DNA from: Octopus vulgaris
Taxonomy: Eukaryota
DNA: 64,000 nucleotides
Direction of reading: 5' to 3'
Assembly (NCBI GenBank): GCA_951406725.2
Contig: OX597823.1
Coordinates: forward strand, 32,860,001-32,924,000
Shown: piece by piece, positions 39,401-53,921 of the stretch
How positions within the stretch are numbered: position 1 is the stretch's first letter
How the letters are laid out: every line of letters starts with the position of its first letter
Program-made: the position numbers and the translations under genes
Notes under the pieces: model-generated
Database searches by the model: none
Told to the model about the DNA's origin: nothing
What the model saw: only the letters and a program-made list of their open reading frames with translations

Positions 39401-40640
39401 TGAAAACAATGAAAATGAAAGAGAACTATTTGGAGTGCTCTTCATGTGACACTCCCTTCTGAAACTTGTGTCATTGATCAAGTTACGATTTTGAACCAAG
39501 CTCAGATCAAGATTGAGCATTTGGCATCTGGAATGTTTCCAGGTGTTCATCAAGGCAATCTACTCAGTGGACAACACAGTTAACAGTAAAAAAAAACTCA
39601 TATTCTACAGAGGGAAGATATGATGGTCTGAGAATGGCTGTGGGCATTGATAAAAACATTTTGAACAGTCACTTCAGGAGAACAAGTCAGGGACTATGGA
39701 CAACTTCCAAAAGTCCTTAGCATAACAGTGCTATGACTGGGAGGTATTATCAGTTTGTGACAAGCTCCAAAGAAGTGCTAATAGCCAAACCTGTCCAAAT
39801 GATACAGGAGGACAAAACCATCTAGTATGACATCATTCAATGTGTCAAACAGCTGCTATTACATGTAGGATGCAGGATGAATTGGTCTAGATGTCCAGTC
39901 TGTATGGACATACCACCTTTCTTTGGCAGAGAAGGGTGGCTAGTTTTTTCTCTCCTTAGTGGACATGGCAAAAAAATATGGTGAACTCATTTGAAAGCCT
40001 TGAGAACAAGTATTAATCCTTCCTGGCCAAGCTCTCATCAACCTCTTAAAGTACCACTTGAAGAGAAAGATTAAAATAGGGAGGCACTTCCTTCACATGT
40101 ATCTAATTAAACATGGGTGAAAGTAGCAAGACTGGCAAGGTTGAATGCATCTATCCAGAGCATGCTTTGGTAAGTGAGAGGAAGGAAATGGAGAGAAGGA
40201 GAAGGTACTTTAGATGCCTCAGATATGAGAGAGACTAATCTAGTCTTATGTGCAATTCACCTCAATTTAGTTCCCCTCAACTGGGAAACCTTTTTTCTTT
40301 TGTTATAATCCTTTATTGTTAATCCTTTAAGATTCAGATTATTCTGTTAAATGTAATCCTTATTTACTCACATTTGTTTTGAAATGATTGTTTTGTCTCA
40401 TAGCTTCAAGATTTCGATTCTTTATTTTTAGGATGACATTGTAGGGTATGCGTAAGAGGCTGCATCTGGTTACTTTGAACATAAAATACATTGAATATTT
40501 TGGCCAAATTTCGCCAGTTTAAATGCTAAAAGGTTAAACCATTTTTTCTTAACATACTTCTTTTTACTCAATATAAACCAGATTATTTTTTTATGTATTT
40601 ACTTCTCTTGTCCTTTTTATTGTCCTCAACAAAATGACCA
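36430..40640 (+). mobile_element. Degenerate Tx1/L1-clade LINE (endonuclease plus RT remnants)
   Basis: RT remnants LDQSKVLNRINYW..VLESAGF..WITAMY (compare LDQxKAFDRV), SSYTDNITV (YADD-like) and FCLWKGKIP. T-rich 3' UTR. Many stops; boundaries approximate. Confidence 0.7.
40319..40537. mobile_element. Second TTAA-flanked MITE family, inserted in the LINE 3' UTR
   Basis: Termini ttaatcctttaagattca...aaatgctaaaaggttaa. Confidence 0.6.
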
Positions 40641-41519
40641 ATATAAGAAGTCATTATTGTTGCTATTATTATATATTATTAACAGGATAATCAGTAAGAA
40701 ATATTGGAACTCAGAAATATGAAACATCTGTTGAGTGTGTGTGTGTGTGAATGGATTGATGGATAGACAGACATACAGATCTGTTAATACTGTCTCATTG
40801 ATTTCCATTCATATTCTACAAAGTGTATAGACTTCTTTGTTTTATTTTTAAAAACATCCCTTAAGAATAAACAACTTTCTTGAGTGATAAATGTTATTTT
40901 ACAGTTTACTTTAGTTTAACACTATAAAACAGAAGCCAGTCACCTGCCAACTCCACATGTAATAAACAAGTTCATATATCATTACATTTTCTAGGCCAAC
41001 ACACTTTAAATCAATCAAACTATTATTTGTTGTCAAATAACTGTTATCATTAGCTTAATGTTTGAAGTAAGTTTAAAACAAGTTTCAGCACTTGGACACT
41101 GAATAATAGGAGCAACTCTGAACGAATTGGTGCAGCTTTAGAGATGTCTGTTTTGACATTGAGTTTTAGCAACATGGACAGTGTGAGAAAAATAAGTATA
41201 CTCAATAATTTTATGCCAGACACAATGACAAATGTGCTACACATATATATCACTTTTTATTATAGAATTTACATGGCATTGTTCCATCACTATGTCTTTC
41301 AAAGATAATAATACTTGAGGACTGCTGTTCCTTGCAAGAATAATACTTCTATCTGCTGTTACTTCTTTCAGTAATTGGACAGCAGCCATGCTGGGGCACC
41401 ACCTTACTCATATTTTTCTTGAGTCTGATAGTTTTTCTATCAGTCTCTTTTGCTGGAACCACTAAGTTACAGGGACATAAACAAACTGATGCTCGTTGTC
41501 AAGTGATTGAGGGGGTCAA

Positions 41520-41604
<85 letters not shown>

Positions 41605-41612
41605 TATGTGAA

Positions 41613-41962
41613 AGCGCATGGCTCAGTGGTTAGAGCGTCGAGCTTACAATCGCGAGGTTGTGAGTTCGAATCCCAGACTGGACTGCATGTTGTGTTCTTG
41701 AGCATGACACTTTATTTCACATTGCTCCAGTTCACTCAGCTGTAGAAATGAGTTGCGATGTTACTGATGCCAAGCTGTATCGGCCTTTGCCTTTCCCTTA
41801 GATAACACTGGTGGCATAGAGAGGGGAGGCCGGTATGGATGGGCAACTGCTGGTCTTCCATAAACAACCTTGCCTGGACTTGTGCCTGAGAGGGTAACTT
41901 TCTAGGTGCAATCCCATGGTCATTCATGGAAAGCGGACGTTAAACGATGATGATGATGATGA
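41613..41962 (+). mobile_element. Young tRNA-derived SINE with an RTE-type 3' end
   Basis: A box TGGCTCAGTGG, B box GAGTTCGAATCC, CORE-like central region. The tail CATGGAAAGCGGACGTTAAACGA is identical to the RTE end at about 8453-8475. Confidence 0.85.
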
Positions 41963-42850
41963 TACAGACACACACATCACAGGCTTCCACCACAGTTTCC
42001 ATCAACCAAATTCACTAACAAGACATTGGTTGACCCGGGACTATAGCAAAAGACACCTACTCAAGGTGACATGTACAGGGATTGAACCCAAAAGCCATGT
42101 GATTGCAAAGTAAGCTTCTTAACTGCACAACCAGCCTGTGTAGTTTAGACATCCATCCTTAAAGCACAAGCAAGCACTGAGAAAATATTTCGTGATTACG
42201 AGCCATACCGTCCTGTTTGAGGAAACCTGAGAGACAGCAGTATCAGTCAATTACATCAGCTTCAGTACTTAACAGGTACTTTATCAAACCCTGAATGACA
42301 AAAGGGAAAACTGACCTTGGCAGAATTTGTAGTTAGAGGGCGAAGGGCAGAAATGAAATACCACGCTAACAATTCAATCAACTGCTCATAGTTAGTCAAT
42401 AGAAACAGAAAAAATGAAGTAGCAATGTACAACAAAACAGACATCACACAGTAATTTTATATTATGCTCATTTACACTTTTATTTCTAAAATCTACAAAA
42501 ATATCTGAAGCAACAATTTTACAAAACCAAAAAAAAAACAAAAAAACGTATGCATATGGGATTTGAACTATGTATCTAGAAGTCATCAACAACCAAATGC
42601 TATCAGGTTCAAATCATTTAAATGGTTCTATTGCTCTTTTGTCTGTCTCCAAATTGAGGCTTTTAATATCTAGTAAGATTTACACTAAACTATTAGCAAT
42701 TAATTTATTAACTTCTAAAAAATGTTTAGTATGAGAAACAGATGCTTCAGTTTCTAAAGAAACTTGAAATACATAAAAGGTTTTTTCCCGAAAAAGAAAA
42801 ATAGAGTAAGATATGATACTATAGCAGAGTGAATGTAGAGAACTATATGC

Positions 42851-42909
<59 letters not shown>

Positions 42910-43059
42910 TAGTAGTACATTGGTTTATGAACGCCTCTGATCATGAATATATCGTGCTTTATATATATCTATATCAATATAGATACATATTTATATATAA
43001 ATGATCAGAATTGTTCAAAAACCAAGGTACTACTGCGTATATGTGAGTGTATATATGTA

Positions 43060-43099
<40 letters not shown>

Positions 43100-43787
43100 T
43101 ATGTATGTATGAGTATATATATATAGAAAACAAAGTTATTTTATTCCACACAGGTAGAAATATAGGAAAAATATAAGTTGAAAATGCACTGAGAATAGTT
43201 AAAATATTTTCTATTATTATTATTATATTCAAAGATTTAACCGGTTTTACAGTTTACAGTTTACTTCTGACTAATGTTTTAAGCTTGCCCTATTTCTATA
43301 GGGAGTTCATGGCTCAAAATAGTATGTTTTGAATAGAGTTTGATTGGTAGAGGATAATCACATGACTGGTTGTTAGAAATTTTTGTAGGTTCCCTCTACA
43401 TCTGTGTGTTAGCATTAAGTGACAATGTTTAGTGTAGTAAGTCAAGGCTGACACAGTTGACTGAACAAGTCGAGTGGTAATACTAAACAATCAATACTCT
43501 GAATGTTTTCCATCAAATGTTTGTAGAGAATGAACATGTGTTCATTAAGAACATAGTAGAGTACAGTATAAAGCTGGTCCACCTTCAGATTTCACCCTGT
43601 GCTGTCCAGTAGTAGCATTATACGTACTTCCAGGTTTGCGTTTGGGCTTTTGTCGAATGTGAATAGATAACTGAAAAAAATTGTCCTTCGTCAACAACAT
43701 ATCTTGATAAACTCAGTGGTTACTACAACAGACAGGGAGGATGCGCTTGAAGCTAAGAATTTGAACTTTCGGAGATAATATTTACAT

Positions 43788-43891
43788 ATCGCCTGATGAA
43801 ACAACTAGATCTCATAATGCAGGGAAACAGTCACATAATCAAGTACCTGCATGCCTGGAGAACTACATTGCATAGAAACAATTGTAGTGAT
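43788..43891 (+). ncRNA. Type-I hammerhead motif with extended stem II (PLE pLTR-like remnant)
   Basis: AUCGC-CUGAUGA(43793-43799)-imperfect long hairpin-GAAA(43875-43878)-CAAUUG-UA-GUGAU, followed by AATAAA. Confidence 0.7.
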
Positions 43892-44086
43892 TGAAAATAA
43901 ATGTCCAACCGTACTCCTTCTTGTTGACTCCAATTTTTTTGAAACTGTATTAGTATTTCAGTCAATAACTGATGAAGACTTAGGGTCCCTCTGTGTCTGT
44001 CCTATGTGTACGTTTTTTAGTATTTAATGCATTTTTCATTTATTGAGTGACTGAATGCCACACATCCCGACTTTTGTTAACAGTAA

Positions 44087-44117
<31 letters not shown>

Positions 44118-47100
44118 TCAGGTGTGTGATAGTGTATGGTAGTGAATCATGGGCACTGAATGTTGAGGAGTTTATGTGTTCTATGCAAGATGTGCAATGG
44201 TGTATAGTAGTGAAACACAGACAGTGAATGTAGAGGACTACACAACATGTGAAATATGTGATAGTGTACGGCAGTGAAACAGTGAATGTAATACGTGCAA
44301 TGATGGATGGTAATGAAATAGGGGGCAGTATATTTAGATGACTATATGAGGCATTTAGTTTAGTTCTTGAACTTGTTTTAGTCATGCTGAAGACCACTTC
44401 AGAATCAAATGTTGTCTTTTGGATAATCTCTATGTTCCAGAGTCCAATTTTTTTCATTGAGTGTTTCTGTACATTTAGCATCTCTAATCGGTGGATGGTT
44501 GATCTGGGGTACTAGAAAGAAACAGATCTAGGTATTCTAACCCATTTGATACGAACCTGCCAGAGACCAACTCTGGTTTTACGATACAAACTTCTTGCTT
44601 TCAAGAGTTCTAAATTAAAATCTTCCACTAGAATTTCATGGTAAGGTATGCTCCAAACATCAACTTAATAACGACAAAGGTATTCTGCTAAATATTTCGT
44701 TATTTTCGAAATTAATTAAGGCATAGACAGTGTATTTCAAAAGAAATATGGTAATAATGGGATCAAGAGTCTCAGAGGAATCTTTGACCAAGTTTCATAA
44801 ACAGATTGACAAATAGCTGTATAAATGTGGGTCTTTAAATGCCAAACACATACTGTGTGAATTTCTTATGTGAGAGTTTGAGGAATGGAGTGTTGGGACA
44901 TTCCATTCCAGTTGCTTGATTGTTCCTGTTTGCCAACATTTAGATGAAGACTTTGAAAAATTCACATGTATATAATAGCAAACTGTATATAATAGCATTT
45001 CCATTTCAAGTAGGAAAAAAAAAAACAATGTCATTTCCAGGTGGATGTAAGATTCAACACTAGGTTGCACGAGTGAGATAAAACAGAACTGTAGATGTAG
45101 AGTGCCTGTATTGCAGACTTATCTAACCCACACCAGTTTCAAAACAAAAAGATGATGATGGTGGTGGTAGAGGCAGTTGTGAGTGAATGTTAATATGAGA
45201 TAAAATTCATTTTCTCAATGATCCTCTGAGTTTTAAGTGTTTAACATTTACAGTGAGAATCTACTTGAAACACCCTTCAGATTGTTAACCCTCCCAATGA
45301 AGTTGACAGCTTAACAATTACAAATCCGAAGTGTTTTATTATTAAACAACAATGTGCAACTGAGAGAAAACACAGACACTTACTTATACACAAACATATC
45401 ATAACGATGCAAGGAAACACACTAGTGGTTGTCAGTCAAAGTTTAAATCACATGAATGCATGCTGCCCTTTATCTACAGTAATTAGAGATACTTAACTCT
45501 CAATAGTTCAAACTTATAAACACTACCACGAGGAGAACTGTTTATATCATCATCATTGTCATCATTTAACGTCCATTTTCCATGCTGGCACAAGCTGGAT
45601 AATTTGACAGGATCTGGCAAGTTTCAGGGCTGCACCAAGCACCATTGTCAGCTTTGGCACAGTTCTTATGGCTAGATACCATTCCTAATACCAGCCACTT
45701 TACAGTGCGTACTGGGCACTTTCTTTATGCCACCAGCCCTAGTAAGGTTACCAAGTAAGTTCCAAGACAGAAAAAGAATAGATGAAGTGTGAGGAGCAGT
45801 CATTTGAGAACAAGAGGAGCTGAGAGGATAAAATCTGATAGAAGAACAGGCATTTTGTTATAGAGGAGATAATACAGCTACCTCCCATTATATAAGTAGC
45901 AGCTGGAAAGAAGATAAAGATGGCAAAGATTGAACTCTACAAAATATCTTTCACTTATCAGTGTCTGTGAAAACTGGAAGCGGTTCCTACACACCAAGAT
46001 ATATTCCTGAAATGTCAGTGGATATAAAGAAAATGAAACTAGAAAACTTATAGGATAGTCAACAGAGATTTATTCAGTCATTTTATGTTCATTCTTCCAT
46101 GTTTGCATAGGCTGGCTAAATATATTATTAAGGCATTAATTTACAGTCAGATTTAATTTCCTGACACTAAACCTTACCTGACTCTCAAGTCTGGGACCAT
46201 TTATTCCACACAGCCTCGAAACGGCTGCACTTTTGTGCAACTGATTCAAAATGTAAAGAAACCACACAAACACACACCATCATCATCATCATCGTCCAAT
46301 GTTGAACTGTTCAACACAGAGTGACCTGTGTTGGACAGTTCAACAGGATCCAGAGAGCCAGAAGACTGCATCAAACTCCACTGTTTACTTTGGTATGGTT
46401 TCCACATCTGGATGCTCTTCCTACCACCAACCATTTTACATATGTATAGGTATATATATATGTATACACACACACAACAGGTATTTTCAGTTTCCATCTA
46501 CCAAATCCACTCACAAGGCTTCAGTCAGCCTAGGGCTATAATACAAGACACTTCTTGCTCAAGGTGCAGTGAGACTGAACCTGAAACCACATGGATGGTT
46601 GGAAAGAGAACTTCTCAACCACACAGCAGCCAAGCCTATATTAATAAAACCCTCAGAGAATGGTTTTAATGGAGCTGAGATGTTGCCAAAAATGTTCATC
46701 AAGTATCTGAAAAAAATCAATTTTATAAAAATATCTGCTTATTTATTTTTACTTTATATTGCAATATGGGAACAATAGCATCATTACTTTCCAATGGGTC
46801 AATCACATGAGTGCCGAGAGACACTGACTATTTTGTCTCTGACCAGATGCTGCTGATGTACAGAAGTAGTCTGGGCAGAGCAAACTATAATTGTCCAGAC
46901 TGTTACACTGCACCACATACAATTAACAATAATCCACCTCAAACTATCCCTGGTTCTAGGATACGATTTTCTGGTTTAAAATTGAGCTTAATAGAAACCT
47001 TCCAGCAAAAAACTTTCCTTGCTATATTTCTATTGAAATGTAAAGGGACATAGGCAAGTGGTTAGACTGTTGCACTCATAATCACTAAATTGTGGGTTAA

Positions 47101-47619
47101 ATTCCTTAACTGAGTGACGCATTGTGTTCTTGAGAAAAATACTTCATTTACAACCATCACACAATCTCAAGACAAGAAACGCACATACATATATGATGGG
47201 CTTCTTTCTGTTTCCATTTAACAAATCCACTCACAAGGCTCTGGTTGTCGTGAAGCTATTGTACATGATACCTGCCCAAAGTGCCATATGGTTGGGAAGC
47301 AAACTTATTAAACATATAGCCATACCTGTACCTATACCAGATTTTATTTGGCCCAGGGCTATAGTGTGACACTTGCTCAATTAACATCTTATTCAAATTA
47401 GGCAAAGGGCGTTGTCAATAAAATATTGATATTAGATCCATGATATTTGGAAAATTATGTAATGGGTTCTGAGCTGGAAATGTTCAGGAACTGCTGACCA
47501 AGGTAAGAAAAACTGTCGACCACTTCTACTGAAACTTCTAAGAAGTTGAAAGTTTTCATTTTTTGAATGGCTTTACAACCAACCACTGTTCACCTTCTCT
47601 GTCAGCCTGCCTGTGACTC

Positions 47620-47990
47620 CACTGTACTTTTTGTACACTTATAGTTTATATAGGGTTCACTGTAAAGAACTCTACCATAACTCTTTCTGCATATAGAACA
47701 CAGCCACTTTCCAGATTGCAGCAGAGTTTTGTTTTAAAACTTTTGTCTTTGCTAAGGTTGACTTTTATGCACCTTGGTTTTATATCCAGCTTCCATATTT
47801 GCAACTTTCTTCCTCTAATTCTCCAACTGATTCAGTTATGAAAACTACATGGTCAACATACAGAAGTTTGCATGAGTAGCAAGTCTTGAACTGCTGCTGC
47901 TGCTGTGCTAAAGAATTATACTTAACAGGAGAGTGATGAGAACGCAGCCTTGGACACCCGTTTTGTAAATTCCTCGTTGAGCTCATGTAG
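47620..47990 (-). mobile_element. RTE RT core fragment
   Basis: NGCP...LLYVDHVVFITESVGELEE resembles the RTE motif GCPWELLYADDLxLIAES..ELE. Confidence 0.65.
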
Positions 47991-48171
47991 ACAGCACCCT
48001 TGTGTGTGTGTGTGTGTTTGCTACAGATACTTTAGAGAATATATTTAACCAAATCTTTTGATACCAACCCACATGAGATTATCCTAGTTCTATGATACAA
48101 ATACCATTTTAAAGTGATCTAAATTGAAACCTCGCAGTAAAATTTCAGGTTAATTTATGTTCCAAACACCA

Positions 48172-48800
48172 ACATCATCATTTAACGTCAGTTTTCCATG
48201 CTGTAGTGCCACCTGGACTCAATGTCTGTTTTGGTATGGTCTCTGCAGTTGGATGGCCTTCCTAATGCCAACCATTTCACAGAATGTACAGGGTGCTTTT
48301 ATGCAACTTGGGCACAACTGCTTTTACATAGCACCAGCATGGGTGCTTTTTATATGGCACTGGCACCAACAAGCCCACAAGATTAGGAACTCAGCTGAAA
48401 AGGGATGCAGGGGACATGTCTGTATGCAAGGATGATCACATATTTACTTAGCTTGACATGTCTTCTCAAACACAGGAATCTCAGTCTCTTGTCATCCTCT
48501 CTGTGAGTCCCAGCACCTGAAGATCCAATCTTACCACTTCATCCCACATCTTCCTGGGTCTATCCCTTCCATAATTCTCTCCACAATTAGAACTTGGCAC
48601 TTCTTGATGCAACTATCTTCATCATACACATTACATGATCGTACAAGCACAGTCTTCCCTCTTGCACACTACATTAGATGCCTGCTGTACCCAGTTTTGC
48701 CCTCAAATCACTTACACTGTCATATATGCACACTGAGCATACTGGCTTCATTTCTCTCAAATCTTCATATATCCTCAGTAGTCACAATCCATGTTTCACA
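48172..48800 (-). mobile_element. RTE 3' fragment nested in a TTAA MITE
   Basis: Reverse-strand RTE tail catcatcatttaacgtc and an ETW..T.EDMR-like coding remnant. MITE halves lie on both sides. Confidence 0.7.
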
Positions 48801-49509
48801 ACTTATTTTACTAAACTTGCCATTACTTTTCAAAATTAACTGAAACAAAGGTAGGTTATTTTATCAGAAATTTGGTAGCACAGTAGTTAATCTAATGCCT
48901 CAGTATGTCTGTAATTACAACATTACTAATCTGGCAGAGTTCATGGTTTTATTTAACCATCTTTACCGATTCTTCTTGCTCTGGATGAACAAACAGTGTC
49001 AGTGATAGAACCATGTTAAACATGAAATTTGGTTATAAAAACAGAGGTGGTTGGAATACTTCTTTTCAATGGTCATAGGTGCAAGAATGGCTGTGTGGTT
49101 AAGAAGTTTGCTTCCCAACTCTGTAGTTTCAGGTTCAGTCCCACTGTACAGCACTTTGAACAAGTGATTTCAATAATAACCTTGGCCTGACCTTAGTCTT
49201 GTGAGAGGAGTTGATAGACGGAAACTGTATGCATGTGTGTTGCATGAGTATGTTTGTGTGTTTGTGTCTTAGTTGTAAATGAATGTCACCATAGAAGAGT
49301 CCTTTGTTTTTAATCTTCTATGAATATATGTCTGACCATGGGAGAACTATTTAGCTTGCTGAGAAACAGGTGAGGGCTGGGGACAGAAAAGCCATCCCAG
49401 CTATAGAAAATCTGCCTCTATGAATTCTGACCCATATAAGCATGGGAAAGTGGATGCTATGACGATGATAAGATTACAACCCACATGCTATGATGATGAT
49501 GATAAGATT

Positions 49510-49935
49510 GCAACAATGGAGTATTGTATTAATCAGGATCAGAAGGGTATTGAAACTGAACTTTAAATTAATTCACAAATAAGTTGGCTAAATTAATGAA
49601 AGTTCTCTGATGGATGATGTTACAATGAAGAAATCTTTCACAACTTAAAGTAAATATTTGGAATGAAGCCAAAAGATATTAGATTATGGAACTGTGTGCA
49701 GTGCCAAATTTCAGCAAAAGCCTTGTTAATATGATGGCAAACTACTTTCTAAGATGTTTTATCAATTATGCATTGATAACGTCTTTTCTCAAACAATCAG
49801 TCTTTTGTTTTATTTGTGAACTCATGAGAGATGTCAGATATGGTCATTAAAGTTCTTTGCCAACTTCTTTAAGATATACAGAAATTCCAATTAATGTTAA
49901 AAGTAGCATCACGCCAAGGTTGGAGAATAGTGGGT
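49510..49935 (+). mobile_element. Possible hAT (Charlie/Buster-like) transposase 3' remnant
   Basis: Weak resemblance to the hAT dimerisation domain and a hAT-like end AAGGTTGGAGAATAGTG. Heavily decayed. Confidence 0.35.
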
Positions 49936-50727
49936 TAACAGAAAACTACATCGTCTTCTAGAATATCAGTCAAATGTAATAGAAGCGTAATTAGTGTAGC
50001 ATGGTGTTGTGGTTTAACCCCGAGTGGATCTTGACTGAGTAGACCTATGATCCAAACGGTTACGAATGTGACCAGCCTCATCTTGATCAAACAAATAATC
50101 TAAGACTATATTATTCAATGCATACTTCTTTTTTTTCTTATGAACATAGTATATGAGTTGAAGACAGGAATTTGGCTGATATTTTTAGCATGTTAATCTC
50201 AACTACATAGAAGTAAAAATAAAACATACATGCTTGTGTATAATATATATATATATACACAGATATACATATGTATACGTACATATGCGTATGCATATAT
50301 ATATATATATATATATATATGCATATATATTTACTTACATATACATGCATATTTACATACATATAAATATATAAAGTGAGAGGAAGAGGGAGAGAGGAAG
50401 AGGGAGAGAGAAAGAAGGGAGGGAGAGTGAGGAGGAGGAGTAAAAAATTGCACCGAATGACAACAAAGCTATACATTGTAAAATCATACAAGTGTATAAA
50501 TGAATGTGAGTGGGGGGGGGTGCATTTAGTGGGTATCATATTTATTGAGGGTATTAGCCATGTATATGAGAGTGTAACTAAGTGGACGTGGATGGGTGTG
50601 TGTGTGTGATTATTATTGTATGTATGAGTATGTTCACTTGCCTACACTGGCATAAGTAGATTTATGCATTTATATGCTTCTGTGTGGTCTGATCAGTAAG
50701 TACCCAGATTGTAGCCATAGTAACGAA

Positions 50728-50737
50728 TAATATATAT

Positions 50738-50778
<41 letters not shown>

Positions 50779-50878
50779 ATATATATATAAACATATATAT
50801 ATGTATATAAACGTATATATATATGTATATAAACGTATATATATATGTATATAAACGTATATATATATATATATAAAC

Positions 50879-50955
<77 letters not shown>
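50728..50955. repeat. (TA)n-based compound microsatellite
   Basis: Direct inspection. Many other (TA)n, (CA)n and (AAT)n arrays occur throughout the window. Confidence 0.95.
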
Positions 50956-50956
<1 letters not shown>

Positions 50957-51607
50957 TCTTTTTTACTCTTTTACTTGTTTCAGTCATTTGACTGTGGCCA
51001 TGCTGGAGCACCGCCTTTAGTCAAGAAAATCAACCCCGGGACTTATTCTTTGTAAGCCCAGTACTTATTCTATCGGGCCCCTTTTGCCGAGCCACTAAGT
51101 TACGGGGACATAAACACACCAGCATCGGTTGTCAAGCAATGCTAGGGGGAAAAACACAGACACTCAAACATACACACGCATATATATACATATATACGAC
51201 GGGCTTCTTTGAGTTTCTGTTTACCAAATCCACTCACAAGGCTTTGGTTGGCCCGAGGCTATAGTAGAAGACACTTGCTCAAGGTACCACGCAGTGGGAC
51301 TGAACCCGGAACCATGTGGTTGGTAAGCAAGCTACTTACCACACAGCCACTCCTGCACCTATTATACATATATACATATAAATATGTATATATATATATA
51401 TATATATGTATTTGCCTGTCTGTGTTTATTCCCACCACCATAGCTTGACAACTGATGCTAGTGTGTTTACACCCCTGTAACTTAGCGGTTTTGCAAAAGA
51501 GACCAATAGAATAAGTACTAGGCTTACAAAGAATAAGTCCTGGGGTTGATGCATTCAACTAAAGGCAGTACTCCAGCATCATGGCCACAGTCAAATGATT
51601 GAATCAA

Positions 51608-51638
<31 letters not shown>

Positions 51639-52299
51639 TATATAAATATATATACATATATAGGGATCAAAACAGCTTGATTCAAATTTGCTGGTACTCT
51701 GAGTTTCAAGTGTGATGCTAGTCTTGAGCCATTTTGAATTTGAATGAAAGAAGTTAATTGTTATTACCATAAGGTGGGCGGCAATTACTCGAGGAGGATC
51801 ATGTGGTGTCATGGTTTGATATTCATATATCAGTATATCAGCATACTAGTGACAACAGTTATTTGGAAAATACCACATGGGGAACAGGAAATCGGTTGGG
51901 GTGTCAGAGGGGAAGTAGGAAGGGGCAGTATGTGCAAGTATATAATTGTATATGTGGGTGTGTTGATTACCTCATGGTTTTGTGTGCATCTCTGTACTGA
52001 TGCAAGTGTGTACATCTGTACATGGATGCACACGTGCATGCCCCCCACATGCACACACATGAACAGATATGTAAGCATGCACACACATACACATATGCAT
52101 ACACAAGTACACACATGCACACACACAGACATGCGGATTCATTTATATGTATATATGTATACATGCATACTAGTGTATGCACATGCACATGTGTACTTGC
52201 ACACAGGCATGCATGAGTATACATGCACATAACAAGGATTGGGGATTGGTAAGTGCTGGGAATTGGTAAGAGTTGAGGATTGGTAATTGGTGGTCCTGC

Positions 52300-53345
52300 T
52301 CAGGGGGTTGGTTGGTGATGGTGACCTGGATGCAGACGGTGCAGAGTAGCAGCTGGTACTAAGGTGGTATATCTGGGTTGTTGGCCGTCAGGAGTTTGAA
52401 ATTTGCCAGAAGGGCATATCTCTAGTGACAGCAATAAGATAAATTGTATTTCTTCTTGATGGAGGATATGCAGTTTTTCACAGAGGCACAGCTGGGAGTA
52501 CCAGGTGAATATGGTGGCACTGTCAACAATAGTCCACTTGATGCTGGGTGTTTCATCTTCGAGATCACAGAGTCTCCAGAGAAAACAAGACAGAGAAGCA
52601 GAGTTCTCTCTGTCCCTGGATCTGAATGAGTGCATATGCTGAGAGCATCTTTCCTTGAAGTCGTTAGCTGTCATAACCCTTATAGTACCTAGTAATGCCA
52701 TCGGATGGTTTAATAGTGGCTCTGTATACTATGGCCCTTCAGTGGAAGGATCCTTCTAGAAGCACATGGTGGGGTTTCAGAAGTTGCAGCTTCAGGCTGG
52801 GGGTGGTGTGGGTGCATTTTTATGTCTGTTGCTGCAGGTGATGTTAGATACAATGTTGTCTAAGCAGGAGTAGCCCACCTTGACATTATGGGGGTTGAAG
52901 AGTTTGTAATACTTGTGGCCTCTGGAAAAGTGTTTCTCAATGACATGAAGCCCCTAGCTTCATTGGTGGAAACTTCTAGGTTGAAAAGGGGGTTATACCA
53001 TATAATTTCCCCTTTCCTAATCTTTTGAGTGAGGAGAGGGTGTTTGGGAGTTGTCAACATATATGAGCTTCTCAGTATACCTGCTCCTAGCCAAAGCATT
53101 GTTATAGTGGGGGGGGTAGTTCTGTTAAAGATCTCTCTGTTGGCCGAGAGATTAGTAATTTTCTAATGCCTGGAACTAGGTTTCTAATTACAGCAGGGGA
53201 GAGGGGTATTGAGCTCTTGTGGATGTATATTGTTTCCTCATTACACTAACTGTACGAGTAATACTTGCCCGTATACAGGTCTAAGTTTATGTCCAAGAAA
53301 CTGACCATAGTCAGGTTGGTGGTAATGGACAGGCCAAACTCCTTA
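52300..53345 (-). mobile_element. Penelope/Poseidon-type PLE fragment (RT thumb plus GIY-YIG)
   Basis: VSFLDINLDLYTGKYY; IIWYNPLFNLEVSTN; MTANDFKERCSQHMHSFR..ENSASLSCFLW..LCLCEKLHIL. Confidence 0.85.
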
Positions 53346-53539
53346 AATATATATATATATGAAAATAAAGATCTATTAATGAGGGATTATCAATATGGGC
53401 GAAATCCTTTATAAGCTCTCTGTTAGTACACCAGGCTAACAACATTATTTAGAACTCAAAGTATTCTTGTGACAGGGTCATCATTCCATGTAAATTCATG
53501 GCTGTATCCCCAGTTACTCCAGTCTTTCACACAGAATGA

Positions 53540-53880
53540 TATACAAGACAAGGCATAAATAATGATAATTGCATATTTTTCTTTTATTGTAGTAAATTTG
53601 ACTTACAGCTGTTTCTGGTTGTCATTATAAGTTCGTTCATTAATTGTTTTACTCATCCATCATTGTTCTGCTTGGTTTTCACCTGAATACCACAACTCTG
53701 ATGAGGGTAGCTTTAATTCTCTAAGTTGGTCAATTTTTCTCAACCATTCAATGGTCTGACTGGGTAAGACAATCAATGAACGAACCTATAATATCTATCA
53801 GGTACAGCTGTAAGTCAAATTTACTACAATAAAGGAACATGTAATGACCCTTATTTATACTTTGTCTTGTCTTGTATACC
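53540..53880. mobile_element. Inverted-repeat element with long-stem-II hammerhead motif (family D)
   Basis: Arms about 53540-53655 and 53765-53880. Plus strand reads ACT-CTGATGA(53698-53704)-GGGTAG...CTATCA-GGTA-CAGCTG-TA-AGT. The inverted arm preserves GAAACAGCTGTAAGT (53615-53601). Confidence 0.7.
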
Positions 53881-53884
53881 TATA

Positions 53885-53919
<35 letters not shown>

Positions 53920-53921
<2 letters not shown>

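Noticed and set aside
41613-41690. Functional tRNA gene
   Set aside because: There is no proper acceptor stem and the sequence continues into a SINE body. The same applies to the family A heads.
43545-43670. Possible alternative terminal exon in intron 1 (tttttcag|LSIHIRQKPKRKPG...CS*, minus strand, phase 0)
   Set aside because: No recognisable homology, and such acceptor-plus-short-ORF matches are common by chance. RNA-seq would be needed.
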